Of a DNA stretch of 64,000 nucleotides, positions 38,931 through 51,157 are shown one piece after another. A program made the translations under genes and the position numbers. Below the pieces are notes generated by a model that did not search any database, had not been told where the DNA came from, and saw nothing but the letters and a program-made list of their open reading frames with translations. The DNA lies in NCBI RefSeq assembly GCF_006345805.1, contig NC_042999.1:32984001-33048000 (forward strand). The letters run 5' to 3'. Numbering within the stretch: the first letter of the stretch is position 1; each line of letters starts with the position of its first letter. Source of the stretch: Octopus sinensis. Its lineage: Eukaryota.

Positions 38931-40382
38931 TCACTTTCCTGTCAGCACTACAGCATGGGACCAGAGGTAGGACTTGATTATCTGTCCATCTTGGATTCGT
39001 AAACCCTTCTCTCCCATTTGTTTCCTCATCTTTAGCTCGGATATCAGGTTCCTCCGGCGAATTCTCTCTCTTAGTGAGTATTCCTCGCGAAAACCCATAT
39101 TGGGGTCCTCCCAGGCATGCGTCTGAGCTCTGTTCAGAAAGACTGAAGCCTCCCGATCAGAAGAAAAGATTACCCTTATTGGGCGTGGTCTAGTATCTGC
39201 GGTTGGGTTCGCTTGGAATCTTCCTAGCCGAGCGACCTTAAGAACACTGACATTTTCGTTCACAGAGAACAATTTTCCAACCAAAATGGAAACAAAATTA
39301 ATGTCATCCTTTCGGCGGTTTATGCCTGTATCACAGGTGGATTCAGCTTTGCCATATATTATTGCCGATCTTGAGTGGGCAAAAAGTTCTCTACTATGAG
39401 CTGCGGTATTCGATTCTTCATTGGAGGATTTCGAAAGGGTGGTTTCATAGCCATCGGACTTATGTCGGCCTGTGGGGTCGATCGGAATGGATTTAGTGGT
39501 CATAATTGTCCCGCCTGGTTTGGAACTGCACTGCCTCTTCTTCGGTTTGGGGGAGCACCACTCCCCAGATGAACCCACATCGAGATCGTTCAGAATTGGT
39601 TGAGCAATGGCATTAATGGGAAGGACAAGTGGAGAATCCAAACAGATTTTATCGTGGTCAGGTTTCATAGCCAAATCTGCCCCTCTGGAGTTTTGACTAC
39701 GTTTCGTCTTTTGGGGAGAACAACGGTCTTCAGGTGGGTTTGAGTCTACGCTCCTCGAACTAGGTTGGGGAACCTCCGGGACCGAAAAGGCAGATGAGGA
39801 AGAATCCGCACAGGAACGATCATGTGCAGGAACGACCGCCGGTTCCTTCGCCTTCTTTGGCCGCTTCGATTTTGTTCCCTTCGGTTTGGACGTCTCCAGG
39901 GAAGAAATCAAGGGTGACTCTGCGTCAACAGGAGACCGTTTATCGTGGTCAGGTTTCATAGCTAAATCCGCCCCACTGGAGTTTTGACGACGTTTCTTCT
40001 TTTGGGGAGAACAACGGTCTTCAGGTGGGTTTGAGTCTACGCTCCTCAAATTAGGTTGGGGAACCTCCGGGACCGAAAAGGCAGATGAGGAAGAATCCGC
40101 ACGGGAACGATCATGTGCAGAAACGACCGCCGGTTCCTTCGCCTTCTTTGGCCGCCTCGATTTTGTTCCCTTCGGTTTGGACGTCTCCAGGGAAGAAATC
40201 AAGGGTGACTCTGCGCCAACAGGAGACTGTTTATTCAGTAAGAGAGCAACAACAGACTTTAGGTGCTCAACCTCTTGTTTGAGCAACAGCAACTGTTCGT
40301 TGAGCTGACTATTGGTAGGACCATCATCTTGATGAGAAGCCCTACTTGCAGATCTCAGTTTCGATGCGTAGGTAGCTGACAT
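38931..40382 (-). CDS. LINE ORF1 protein, 483 aa: N-terminal coiled-coil, internal 97 aa duplication, C-terminal RRM-like ORF1 region
   Basis: Intact ORF. LNEQLLLLKQEVEHLKSVVALL is coiled-coil-like; VARLGRF...RPRPIRVIF is typical of CR1/L2 ORF1 C-termini. Confidence 0.85.
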   Translation of the reverse strand: MSATYASKLRSASRASHQDDGPTNSQLNEQLLLLKQEVEHLKSVVALLLNKQSPVGAESPLISSLETSKPKGTKSRRPKKAKEPAVVSAHDRSRADSSSSAFSVPEVPQPNLRSVDSNPPEDRCSPQKKKRRQNSSGADLAMKPDHDKRSPVDAESPLISSLETSKPKGTKSKRPKKAKEPAVVPAHDRSCADSSSSAFSVPEVPQPSSRSVDSNPPEDRCSPQKTKRSQNSRGADLAMKPDHDKICLDSPLVLPINAIAQPILNDLDVGSSGEWCSPKPKKRQCSSKPGGTIMTTKSIPIDPTGRHKSDGYETTLSKSSNEESNTAAHSRELFAHSRSAIIYGKAESTCDTGINRRKDDINFVSILVGKLFSVNENVSVLKVARLGRFQANPTADTRPRPIRVIFSSDREASVFLNRAQTHAWEDPNMGFREEYSLRERIRRRNLISELKMRKQMGEKGLRIQDGQIIKSYLWSHAVVLTGK

Positions 40383-41409
40383 GATGGATGGTTGACTAAA
40401 AACAATCTTCTATGGGCTCTAGGACAAATCGGGGTTAAATCAGGAACAAAAAACAGGTGCAATCCTTGTAGGAGTAGGCAACAGCAGACAAAAACTGAGA
40501 GAGTTTGGGCTGAGCCGAATCACAATCCAAGATTGAAAGCAGACGGTGCAACGAGTCGGGAACCCTTCCTAATTGTCTGAAGCAGCTTTAGGATAAGGGA
40601 TAGTTTGTCCAAACTTTAGAATATTGATATGCATGTAACATGTTCCACACGATTAAATATCATTTGACGTGCCATTTAGTACTTCAATAATTGCATCTGC
40701 GCATGTTTGTATATGTGTGAATACTGTGTTTATGTGCGAGAAGGCACATGTTTTTGTCTATTGTTAAATTAGATTATTAATTTTTCTTTTTTTTCTCACG
40801 TTTTTCCCTTTTAAAGTATTTCTTTTTAAAGTAAATTATACGTTGGATGGAGGGCTGGGGGTTTGTTTTTATAGTAAATTCTCTTTTCTCCCAGCACAGA
40901 GAAAGACAGGGATTTTTCGTTGGTGCCACCGGTATAATTCAGACCCGGAGAAAGATATTTCGGTGTCATCGTCAACTTGAATGTTTCTAATTGTAGCGAT
41001 AGTAGTAACTGCAGTAAATTCTGATAGCAGCAGTAGTAAATAGCTCATAAAGTGAGATGAAGAACGGTCGGTCAAATAGAGTTCAAATTGACCGCAACAG
41101 TGTTGATGGAACTTGTGAAACAGTGACCTTGACTTTGAGAAAAATCATATATCCTTTTTCAGATAGCTGGCCAATTCCCAAACATCAATGGAGGTTTATA
41201 ATCGTAACGATCGTCTACTCTGCCTTGAAAATGTTTCTAACCAAAAATTACAAAGTGTTAAAATTAGGTCGGTTTAATTTTTCCGAAACATGGGCTTAAA
41301 CATTATTTTCGATGATGATATAACTAAAGCCAAGTTTTGAATACCACCCTTATCTTATATAACGTTTCATATTTCTCATGCCATTAACACTCAAATAATT
41401 TAAAATATA

Positions 41410-41700
41410 TTAGCTCTTTCAGAATTCTTTCAAAGGTTATTATAAGGAATTATTATAAAGAATCGAGAACTATTTCTAGATTATCTGCTAATGTTGATAT
41501 CTTCAACGATAAAGCTGAATTTTATAAATCTGCCTTTCTTAAAGCAGGCTATAAAGAACAGGATTACCTATATTAGCCCTCTTGGCATTAATTCTACTTC
41601 AATTAATCAGGACATAAAAACACGTTATAACGGCAATAACAATATAAATTTTAGTTCGAATAACAACACTAGGTCGAAAAGAGTATTTTTGGAACGTGAG
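41410..41700 (+). mobile_element. Penelope RT thumb fragment
   Basis: SRLSANVDIFNDKAEFYKSAFLKAGYKE parallels ISSISSDEAEFHNAAPYYDSALKNSGFSE in the 46031 Penelope ORF. Confidence 0.55.
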
Positions 41701-41707
41701 GGAGATA

Positions 41708-42920
41708 CTAGGGTTGGACAAAATAATGGAAACACCTTACATTTTCAAACGAATTTATTTTAATATGGGTAAGACTGCATTTCGCAATAATTACAGCTTG
41801 AATTCTAACGTACAAATTTTGAATTGTTTCCAAAGTATTTTTCTCCATTCTTCATCTAAAGCACTCTCAAGTTCTTGTAGAGATGATGGTGAAGGATATC
41901 GACTCCTTACCTGTTTTTCTAAAGTGCACCATAAATGTTCTATCATATTGAGTTCTGAGAACTGAGGTAGCCAGATAACAAGTTCAACTTCACTAGAATG
42001 TTCCTCGTGTCATTTAGTAAAACATTTAGCTGTGTGAAATGGTGCATTATCATCCTGAACGTTAGTGTTTCCCTACCGAAAAGTTCCGTAGTCATAGGAG
42101 GAATTTGATCAGATAAAATGTTTATATAATCTTGACTATTAATTCTGCCGCGAAGGTAAAACATTGGGCCGGCGGATTTCCAAGATATTGGCCCCCAGAC
42201 AATCACAGAACTTCCTCCATGTTTAACAGTTGGAAGAAGGCAGTCTGGGTCAAATGCCTCTTTTGGCTGTTTCCACACGTATACTCGGCCGGTAGTGGGT
42301 AATATAGTAAAGGATGACTCATCTGAGAAAATAACATGCTTCCACTGCTCTAGGGACCAATTCTATAATTTTTAGCCCGCTCTAAACGCTTTGCAATGTT
42401 TGTTTTTGAAAGTACTGGTTTTCTAATTGTAGCCCTCCTGTGAAATCCCGGCGAACGGGGTTTTTTTTGTCGAAACTGGGTTCTCATTAAGCTCTGCGGT
42501 AATTTTGGGAGCTGTACTTTTGTGATCCTTTCTGACAATTCTCGTAAGAGTCCGTTGGTCCCTATCTGAACGTTTTGGTTTTCTTCTGGAGTTTTGTTTT
42601 GACGAGGAGGGTATTTTTTTTGCTCTTTTTCAAAGGCTGTCATTACTTTCGAGACAGTAATTCTTGATACAGCAAACATTTCGTCAGGCAAGCACCTGCC
42701 ATACGAGAACCAACAATTTGACGATAGATCTGTCATTTTAATGAATTCTAATTACCTTTTTCTGATATCTGAAAAGAAAGAGCAATTTTAGCAAAACATA
42801 TCAAGCAACACTAATAATAAATCAAAAAACAAAAATAAACAAGATTTTGACGCTTTTATAGATACTTCAAAATTATGATGCGATGATGTTAGGTGTTTCC
42901 ATTATGTTGCCCAACTCCTG
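41708..42920 (-). mobile_element. Tc1 (DD34E-type) transposon, full span, frameshifted
   Basis: TIRs C(T/A)(A/G)G(G/A)GTTGG.CAA.ATAATGGAAACACCT at both ends with TA at 41706-41707 and 42921-42922. MTDLS...VSKVMTAFEKE, IFSDESS, PTVKHGGSSVIVWG. Confidence 0.92.
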
Positions 42921-42989
42921 TAACTGTTCTTTATGTCCCTTTATACATAATAAATATAAGAGTAGGACTTTAAAAGGTACTTGCCATAA

Positions 42990-43150
42990 TAATAAGGTGT
43001 GTCCTTGTAAAACTGTTTGGTTGATAATTTCATATAATAACCAGAGGAATTCAAAACTTCATTACCAGATTCGTGAAGCTATAGATACGAATTTCCCCCA
43101 AACTTCAAGCTACCATCCCTATATCAATTCATACAGAAACCATCTCTTCG
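42990..43150 (+). mobile_element. Penelope RT-endonuclease linker fragment
   Basis: WLIISYN...REAIDTNFPQTS resembles 18670-18790 (WLIIPYG...RQAIARNFPNNS). Confidence 0.45.
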
Positions 43151-43345
43151 CATAACATTGAGTTATTAAATACAAATCAACTTAATGAAAATAACTTTGT
43201 TATTATTAACCGTTATTTGAACAATAATGACAAGAATGTTAATATTTTTTATATAAATATAAATTCTACTCCTATTCGTTTCCTTAGCAGTAATTCTAAG
43301 ACAAGAAACAAATAGCTAGAGAGACAGAAAGAGAGACAGACAGAA

Positions 43346-43469
<124 letters not shown>

Positions 43470-44149
43470 GCAGACTTACATTTATCTTATATATACGTAT
43501 CCACGTGTAAGTCTGTATATATGGATAGGAATATGGGTGCTTATGTCTCTTTTATGTCCGTGTGCTTTTGTGTGTCGTTAGGTGTGTGATGGTATGTGGT
43601 TGTTGCATAGACATAATTATTCATTCGTACATACTTGCAATCCGACCTATATGCATGCACCCTTATGTAGTTATAAATATACATACATTTAGCCACACAT
43701 GCGTACATTCAAATACACATATACGCTAAGCAATTATCATATAATGAAATTTTCGGTATAGCCTTGAGAAAACCTTTATGTATGCTGTTTTACTTTTACT
43801 CCAACATAACATGACCGGGAACTTTTCAAAAAATGCAGAAATACGTACAGATAAGATATGGCAACAAAAAAAAAGATATGAATGAGATTGAGCAAAATGT
43901 GCATTTATGAATCGTATTAGAGGGCAGCATTTCGGTAAAGTTGCAATATTTATATTATTAGGCTTTCTGTTTTCTTTTTGGTTTTGCTTTAGTTGAATTT
44001 AGAATTTCCCAAAAGGTGCATAATAGAATTCTGGACTCGACACAGAAATATATCTGTTAAAACTAAAACTAATAATGGAGCCAATACTGGTTGTACAGTG
44101 ACGCGTGCATAACGAGTTAGTTGCCTGCTACTTAGGCGAGAAATTCTGC

Positions 44150-44340
44150 TTGATAGATCGCTAGCCACTTCGTATTCTTTATTTTCTCTCGATGTTTCTT
44201 TCGATGTTCCTTTCTGTGAAAGAGCGTAGTCTCGAAACGTTAAAAACTTTTGCACTTCTCGAGCGTTAAACTAATAGATATGTTTGATGTCTACACCACC
44301 TGTCTTCGTCTTTTGTTTTTTTTTTTCTGAATTCTCTCGA
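44150..44340 (+). mobile_element. Decayed copy of the ~190 bp hammerhead-like unit
   Basis: gatagatcgctagccact...CTTTCTGTGAAAGAGCGTAGTCTCGAAACGTT...caccacctgtcttcgtcttttgttt; ends at (TA)n. Confidence 0.75.
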
Positions 44341-44757
44341 ATATATATATGTGTGTGTGCGTGTGTGTGTGTATTCTTACACGGATCACATTTATTGCTG
44401 CAAAGAAGAGTTAAAATTATTCCTAGAGCCGTAAGATAGCACATTTTTCTTATGCGGACAGAGGAGAAATCTGTCCCATAAGCGAAGCTAAATCACTAGA
44501 TTAGAGCAGTTTCGCCGGAAAAATTACAGGCTCGCCAGTGGTGACTAATCCATCACCAAACATTTTGGGTAAATCCGGAATGTCAGGATATATATTTACC
44601 CTATAAATTTATAGCTGATTTAGACAAATGTTAATGTGAAAATTATAAAATAATTAAGGCAGCTATTCCCAAATTGCAATATAAAACCAAAAACGAAAAC
44701 AATGTCACTAATTGTCACTGATGCACCTAGTTAGCAGCAGTATTTCAAATATATAAT

Positions 44758-44811
<54 letters not shown>

Positions 44812-44833
44812 GTATATGTATATATAATAATAT

Positions 44834-44882
<49 letters not shown>

Positions 44883-44999
44883 TATATATATATGTACCGG
44901 AGTAAACACATAAATGTGAAACAAGGTGGAAAAAAGAGTACTCAAATACCAGTGGTAGAGTAATATGCTTATTTTAAGCAGCAGAAAATTCAACAAAAT

Positions 45000-45037
45000 C
45001 TGTTACTCTGAGTTTCTCGTTGCCGTTCATCAGACAG
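45000..45037 (-). ncRNA. Minimal type I hammerhead ribozyme candidate inside a short repeat at about 44895-45060
   Basis: CUGU-CUGAUGA-ACG-GCAA-CGA-GAAAC-UCAGA-GUA-ACAG: intact core, 4 bp stem I, GNRA loop II, A-A mismatch at the stem II base. Confidence 0.55.
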
Positions 45038-45775
45038 TTATTGCTAGAATGGAACTTATATATTAATTCAATCTATACTCTTACAAACGCTACACCTTTA
45101 AAAGAAATGGACTTGTTTGATTGGCCTTTAGAAAAAACGGTCAATCTTCGAGCGATAAACAAAAAGGTCAAAAATATATGTATATATATATAAAAAACTT
45201 ATAAAAATTATAAAATCCGAGGAAAAAAACCGAGGAAAAAACCTATTGCCGTTAATGAAGACAGTACAATTAATGCTTAGAAATTAAACCTGTTATAAAT
45301 ACTGCAATACATATTTATATTAAAATCTACATATATATATCAACATACACAAAAGGATGCGCGTAAACGCCATACATACATATACAGACGTTTGAATATG
45401 AATCTAAATATACACATAAAAGCATGTGTACATATATTCACGCAAACCGTCTCGCACGCAAGCTAAAATTCATCTATATAATCATATACTGAGCAAGGAG
45501 GGGGAAAGAAAGAAAGGGAAAGAGAGAAAAAGGAACGAAGGAGGGGTGGGGAAAAAACTTGTAACGATGTTATTGGCATCTATAGAGACCAGTATACATA
45601 CACAAGTTTGAATTGATACATATACATACCGTCGTGTATATGTGTGCTTAAGCACAAGCATACTTTCATTTACACATACACAGATACGCATGCTTACAAA
45701 TACATATGCTTTGCTATACACATACTTATATAAACATTCTAATTTTGACAACATTGCTTTTTTTTTAAAAAAAAA

Positions 45776-48382
45776 CATTGCTTTTAAAAAATGGGTGCAT
45801 TAATAAAAATATATACGAAAGACATATAAAATAAAATATAACATCCTATTTTGGGTCATTTCAAGGTAATATAAATAATCAAGGTAATCCTATGCAATAC
45901 AATAACATGAAAACAAAGTTTGTAGGTTTTTCCTAATATATATGTAGAAACATAAGACTTTGCTATAAATCCGTCGTAGCGCTCAAGAGTCAAAATCAAA
46001 ATCAAAAATCAAAAATACAAAATATATACTCTATCCATATGGTATATTTATATTCGACATTTTAAATTTAGCCGCGTGCCTACATAAGTTCATTAACTCA
46101 CTTCTTTGATTCAAAGAATTATTGTCTTTGAATAAGATGTGCATTTTCTCTAATAGGCAAAGTCTGCACTTGAAATTATATTTGTAAGCTCCATGCCTGT
46201 ATGGTGCCGCCCTGTCCAGAATGCTCCATGTCACGTTGAAAGGTGGGGCTTCCTTTTCTTTTAGTTCCCAGACATATTTTGCTAGGCTGGTTTTCTTCCT
46301 ATTCTCTGGGTATTTAAAAGAATTCTTATGAGAATAAAATCTTGTTTTAAATGAATTTTCTGAAGCCCCTGTGTATGTCTTGTATTCCGATGAACCTTCC
46401 ACTTGCACCTTGGCTCTATAAACTACTCCTTTCACTAGACATTTCCCTTCTAACGGACAGGAGCTTTCGTTTTTGAAATTGCATTTCTTAATGGGCTCGG
46501 CACCATGTCTAATCTCAGTTAGCTTCCTATTATGTTGGCTAATGTAAGAGGCGAAATTTCTGCAACAAGAATAGCTAACCTTCAGGGTTCTTCTATTAAA
46601 TATTCTGTAGAATTTATGACCCTGCTTAAAATGCTTAGAGACTAATCTCAAAAACTCCTTACCTATATTAGTCTTTACGGCCAAATTGAAAGCCGGGTTG
46701 AACCACAAAACTTTCCTGGTCCTAGTTCTTCGTGCAGCATTATTATTAGCGTTAAGCTGGTTGAACTGGATCTTCTCCGAGAATCCACTATTCTTTAATG
46801 CGCTATCGTAATAAGGTGCAGCATTATGGAATTCTGCCTCGTCCGAAGAAATTGAAGATATTCTTCTACCTACATTGCTGACTAAGTTGCTAAGGATAAC
46901 TGGTGGATGGTTCGAATCTTTGCTAATATACGATAGCTTTTCATTGGGCTTACGGAAAGGTTTAAATCTATCCGATCTTACATTAAAATTTACGTCTAAA
47001 AAATCTACACTATTCAGGTTAGCATCTATCGTAATCCGTAAGCCAATCCTTTGAAAGAAAGCTATAAGGTCCTTCCTAAGTCTATCTGATTCATGGCCGT
47101 TTAGATTATGCGTGGCTATAAGGCCGTCATCCCTATATAAACCTGCATCTATAAATGGGAATTCTATTTTTAGATTATGGAGAATAAAGGCTCCTATGAG
47201 CATACATAATTCAGCCCCGTCGTATGCCCCCATCGGTACATCGAAAAGAGAATCCTCAGTCTCCTTAATCCAGGTGGAATCCTCGAAAAAAAGAAGCGAT
47301 TTCCTCGCATGCATAATAATTTCAATTTCCGAGCTATCGATGTTGACATACTGCTTGGCGAAGTCCAATGCCCTTAGGAGCAACGTCCTAGATATCGACG
47401 GGTAAAAGTCAATAATGTCGAATTGTGTGAAACTACAATTATTCTTATAGCTAATACCTTTAAACCACTCTATAACTGACTTACTATTTTTTTCAGATTC
47501 TCAAGTCTACTTCACTATCTAACTTAACTAAAAGACGGTCCAAAATATTTTTGCTAATAATTCCTATCTCAGTTTTAGCCGGATTTATCAATCTACATTT
47601 GGGGTTTCTACTAAAATTGTCTTTATGGTCTTTCAGAGTAATAAAAGCTGGTCGTGGTGAAAGGAATTCAATCCTATCGCTAATCTTAAGATCGTTAGCT
47701 ATTCCTCTTGCTTCTAAGTTCACCTCTTTGTATATATTCGTGTTGTCTTTTTTGTATGTGTCCGTGACACTATTCGAAATCAGGCGTTTATAAACGTCCT
47801 TATTCATTTAAAACAAGATTTTATTCTCATAAGAATTCTTTTAAATACCCAGAGAATAGGAAGAAAACCAGCCTAGCAAAATATGTCTGGGAACTAAAAG
47901 AAAAGGAAGCCCCACCTTTCAACGTAACATGGAGCATTCTGGACAGGGCGGCACCATACAGGCATGGAGCTTACAAATATAATTTCAAGTGCAGACTTTG
48001 CCTATTAGAGAAAATGCACATCTTATTCAAAGACAATAATTCTTTGAATCAAAGAAGTGGGTTAATGAACTCATGTAGGCACGCGGCTAAATTTAAAATG
48101 TCGAATATAAATATACCATATGGATAGAGCATATATTTTGTATTTTTGATTTTTGATTTTGATTTTGACTCTTGAGCGCTACGACGGATTTATAGCAAAG
48201 TCTTATGTTTCTACATATATATTAGGAAAAACCTACAAACTTTGTTTTCATGTTATTGTATTGCATAGGATTACCTTGATTATTTATATTACCTTGAAAT
48301 GACCCAAAATAGGATGTTATATTTTATTTTATATGTCTTTCGTATATATTTTTATTTATGCACCCATTTTTTAAAAGCAATG
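45776..48382 (-). mobile_element. Penelope-like element (RT and GIY-YIG), 5'-truncated, with 581 bp inverted pseudo-LTR
   Basis: ORF 46031-47383 has PMGAYDGAE, YRDD, FLDV, WFNP, CPLEGKC, VVY...YTG and CRLC; upstream RT at 47493-47807. One lesion site near 47493. Arms 45776-46356 and 47802-48382 are inverted. Confidence 0.93.
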
Positions 48383-48524
48383 AAAATAAATAAAGCTCAA
48401 AATAAAATAAATGTCCCTCGATGGAAAAATGTTTTATCAGGCATATATATTACTTTCATTTCTTTCTTCTATTTTATATAGTAGAAACCTTTTTTATTTT
48501 TCCATTGTAAAAAAGACAATCAGC

Positions 48525-48790
48525 TAGCATTCGTCGGCGTATTAATAACACACATCAAGTATAGTTTCATGACATCTGTATACCGCAAGCCGACTGTCAC
48601 TGGACGATACCTAAACTTCAATTCCCACCATCTGTACAGTGTAAAGAGAAGGATTGCTCAGTGCCTAAAACATCGAGCAATGAATATAAGTAGCGATCCT
48701 GATATCCACAACGAAGGAACGAACAAGCTCAGTAACAGTCTATGAAGCAACAACTACCCCCAAAACATATATCCAATCCAATAATAAAGA
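48525..48790 (+). mobile_element. Penelope RT C-terminal fragment of a different family
   Basis: TSVYRKPTVTGRYLNFNSHH..SVKRRIAQCLKHRA..NNYP. Confidence 0.8.
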
Positions 48791-50896
48791 AAATATAGGA
48801 TGAAGCCAATAGATTGTCCACAGTTTTTTTTTATATAATTCCTCGTCTCTTAAGTTTAGAACTGGATTTATGTGTTGTCTGCCTCTTGATTTCTTGTCAA
48901 GAAATATGATAAAATATTTCATTTTTAGCATAATTTTCGGTAGCTAAAACATTTTTCATATCCAAAGTGCTAAATTTATCACTCTCATTTATTTTCGGTG
49001 CAGCTTCCTGAAAGTAGGAAGTAAAATATATGTATCACCATCATATACTTCAGATATCCATGAAGGAAGAATGCAAATATATGTATTACCATTATGTACT
49101 TCAGATAGGGATAACACCGATACTATCATTCCTTCGTTGGCAGTAAAAGAGAAGCTATTGGATAGTTTCATGGCATCATAGCAGGATTCAGAAACGGAAA
49201 GAACGATTTAGTGTTAGGTCAATAGCTTTAATGAGTATAGATACAGATATGATAACAGAACTATGCAGTATCGTGAGGTTGTACCTGAATATTAAAGAGA
49301 TACGAACTGAAAATATAAATACGTTGTATGAGAGGAAGAGATCTGCAAATTTTTGGAATCCAACAGAAACATGAAAGCTTAGTCATGTTTAGCCATGAAT
49401 CTACTTAATTTGCACTAGAATTAGGTTATAAGACATTGGCATTCTATATCATGCGTACAATCATTGAGTACAATTATCATTGTAAAATCATTGTGTACAC
49501 TATGTACGTCAATGTGTACAAAGGGTGGCGTGCAAAGTACAATCTTAAGGCATGGTCAAACTGAGGGCTAACTAGTCTTGGGACCCTATTTTGATCTATG
49601 AGTGATATAGCGTGCCATCAACAATTATATATATAAGACCCAGTGCACTAATTAGGCCAGTGATCTATAATGGTATTAAGACAGATCTTGACACATAACA
49701 CAGATTTCACGAGACAGCTCCAATATGACTCATCTTATTTAAGGATAATCTCGCTGAAGTTAAACGAATACACGAACAAAATGTATCAACCATTCCAAAA
49801 GGCCCTCAGTCGGGATCATAAAATATAGGGACCCCGATTGAGGGTCCCCTTCATAGACATGCAGTCAAATATGCGCAGAAATACATACACATACGCGCAC
49901 ATAACGCACATATACACATACAGAAACATGCACACATATATACAGTGTGTCCATGATTTCATATTACAATGAGAGAAATGTTTTAATAAATAACTACAAG
50001 GATAATTCAGCCGGATGCGTGCAAGAAATGGAGCCCGCCCTGAAGTGTTCGATGTTTCTAAGAAAATTTTATTTTCTTACCTTCGTTTCGTACGGAATTT
50101 TGTCAGTGAACAGGTCGTGGTTTCAAAGCGACGAAAATATTTTGACAACTCTAATTTGAATGTTGAAGTGAATCTAACGGTTTCCAGTGTTTTTAAAGGG
50201 TTTATAAACACCTTCCAATGGCTGATACAAATACATAGTTAATTTCAAGAGTAAATATTAAAAACTGCTGAATCAGAGAGGTTTATATAGTGTCTATAGG
50301 ACATAGTGTCTATAGGACATAGTGTCTAAAGTTGTTATCTCTCCCTTAGAAGGTAAAAACATTCCGCATGTGGAGTAAAATAATACGTATAATTACGGTA
50401 ACCTATCGAGAGATACTAGCGATATACGTAAGTATAAATCCCGGGAGACCGTAACAGTATTACTTCCAAGACAAGCGTCCAGAACACTAGCATTTAAGCG
50501 AAGGATTTACAAATTAAGGGATGAATTAAAGAGTGCAAATCTTCGAAGTTTTAGCATTCAAAGCAGATTTGTAAGATAAACAGTTGTAAAAGATCTTTAA
50601 AAATATGTTTAATTTTGTCTCTTTCTACTAATTTGGAAGATACCCAGTGGCAAGTTGTATCGTTTGAGGAAGACATTTTCCAGTTCACTCAGCTGGCAGA
50701 GGTTGGAGGTACCTGCATTTGAAAGTGTCATTCTTGCTACATTTCGTGTCATACTGAATCAGTTTGAGGACTGCGTTACGGGTACGCCAGTCTGTGGAGT
50801 GCTATGAAACATGCACGTTTATTTCACGAGCAGGATGTTCTGTTGTTTGGATCACCTGGGACCCACGTCGTCTTAACCAATGCAGTTCCAGTTAAT

Positions 50897-50942
<46 letters not shown>

Positions 50943-51104
50943 TTGCAATTATTTTAAACTGTCGTATGTCTAAATTTATGCTATCTCCAGCTACTTTACA
51001 TGACAAGACATCAACAATTATCAAAGTGTAGTACAACAGTCTTGCTATGGAATGGAGAAACTTTTGCGTTTTGAACTTACGAATCTTTTGCATAATAGCA
51101 ATGC

Positions 51105-51157
<53 letters not shown>

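Larger units (their letters stand above)
35951..40590 (-). mobile_element. Near full-length two-ORF CR1/L2-group LINE
   Basis: ORF1 38931-40382; ORF2 (APE and RT) 36043-38929; (TAAC)n tail at 35951-35978. The 5' end is approximate and no TSD was found. Confidence 0.95.

Noticed and set aside
40590-40640. Target-site duplication for the CR1/L2-group LINE
   Set aside because: Only a 6 bp gggata match that is not flush with the tail; not convincing.
50288-50328. 16 bp tandem repeat (atagtgtctataggac, about 2.5 copies)
   Set aside because: Ordinary local slippage.
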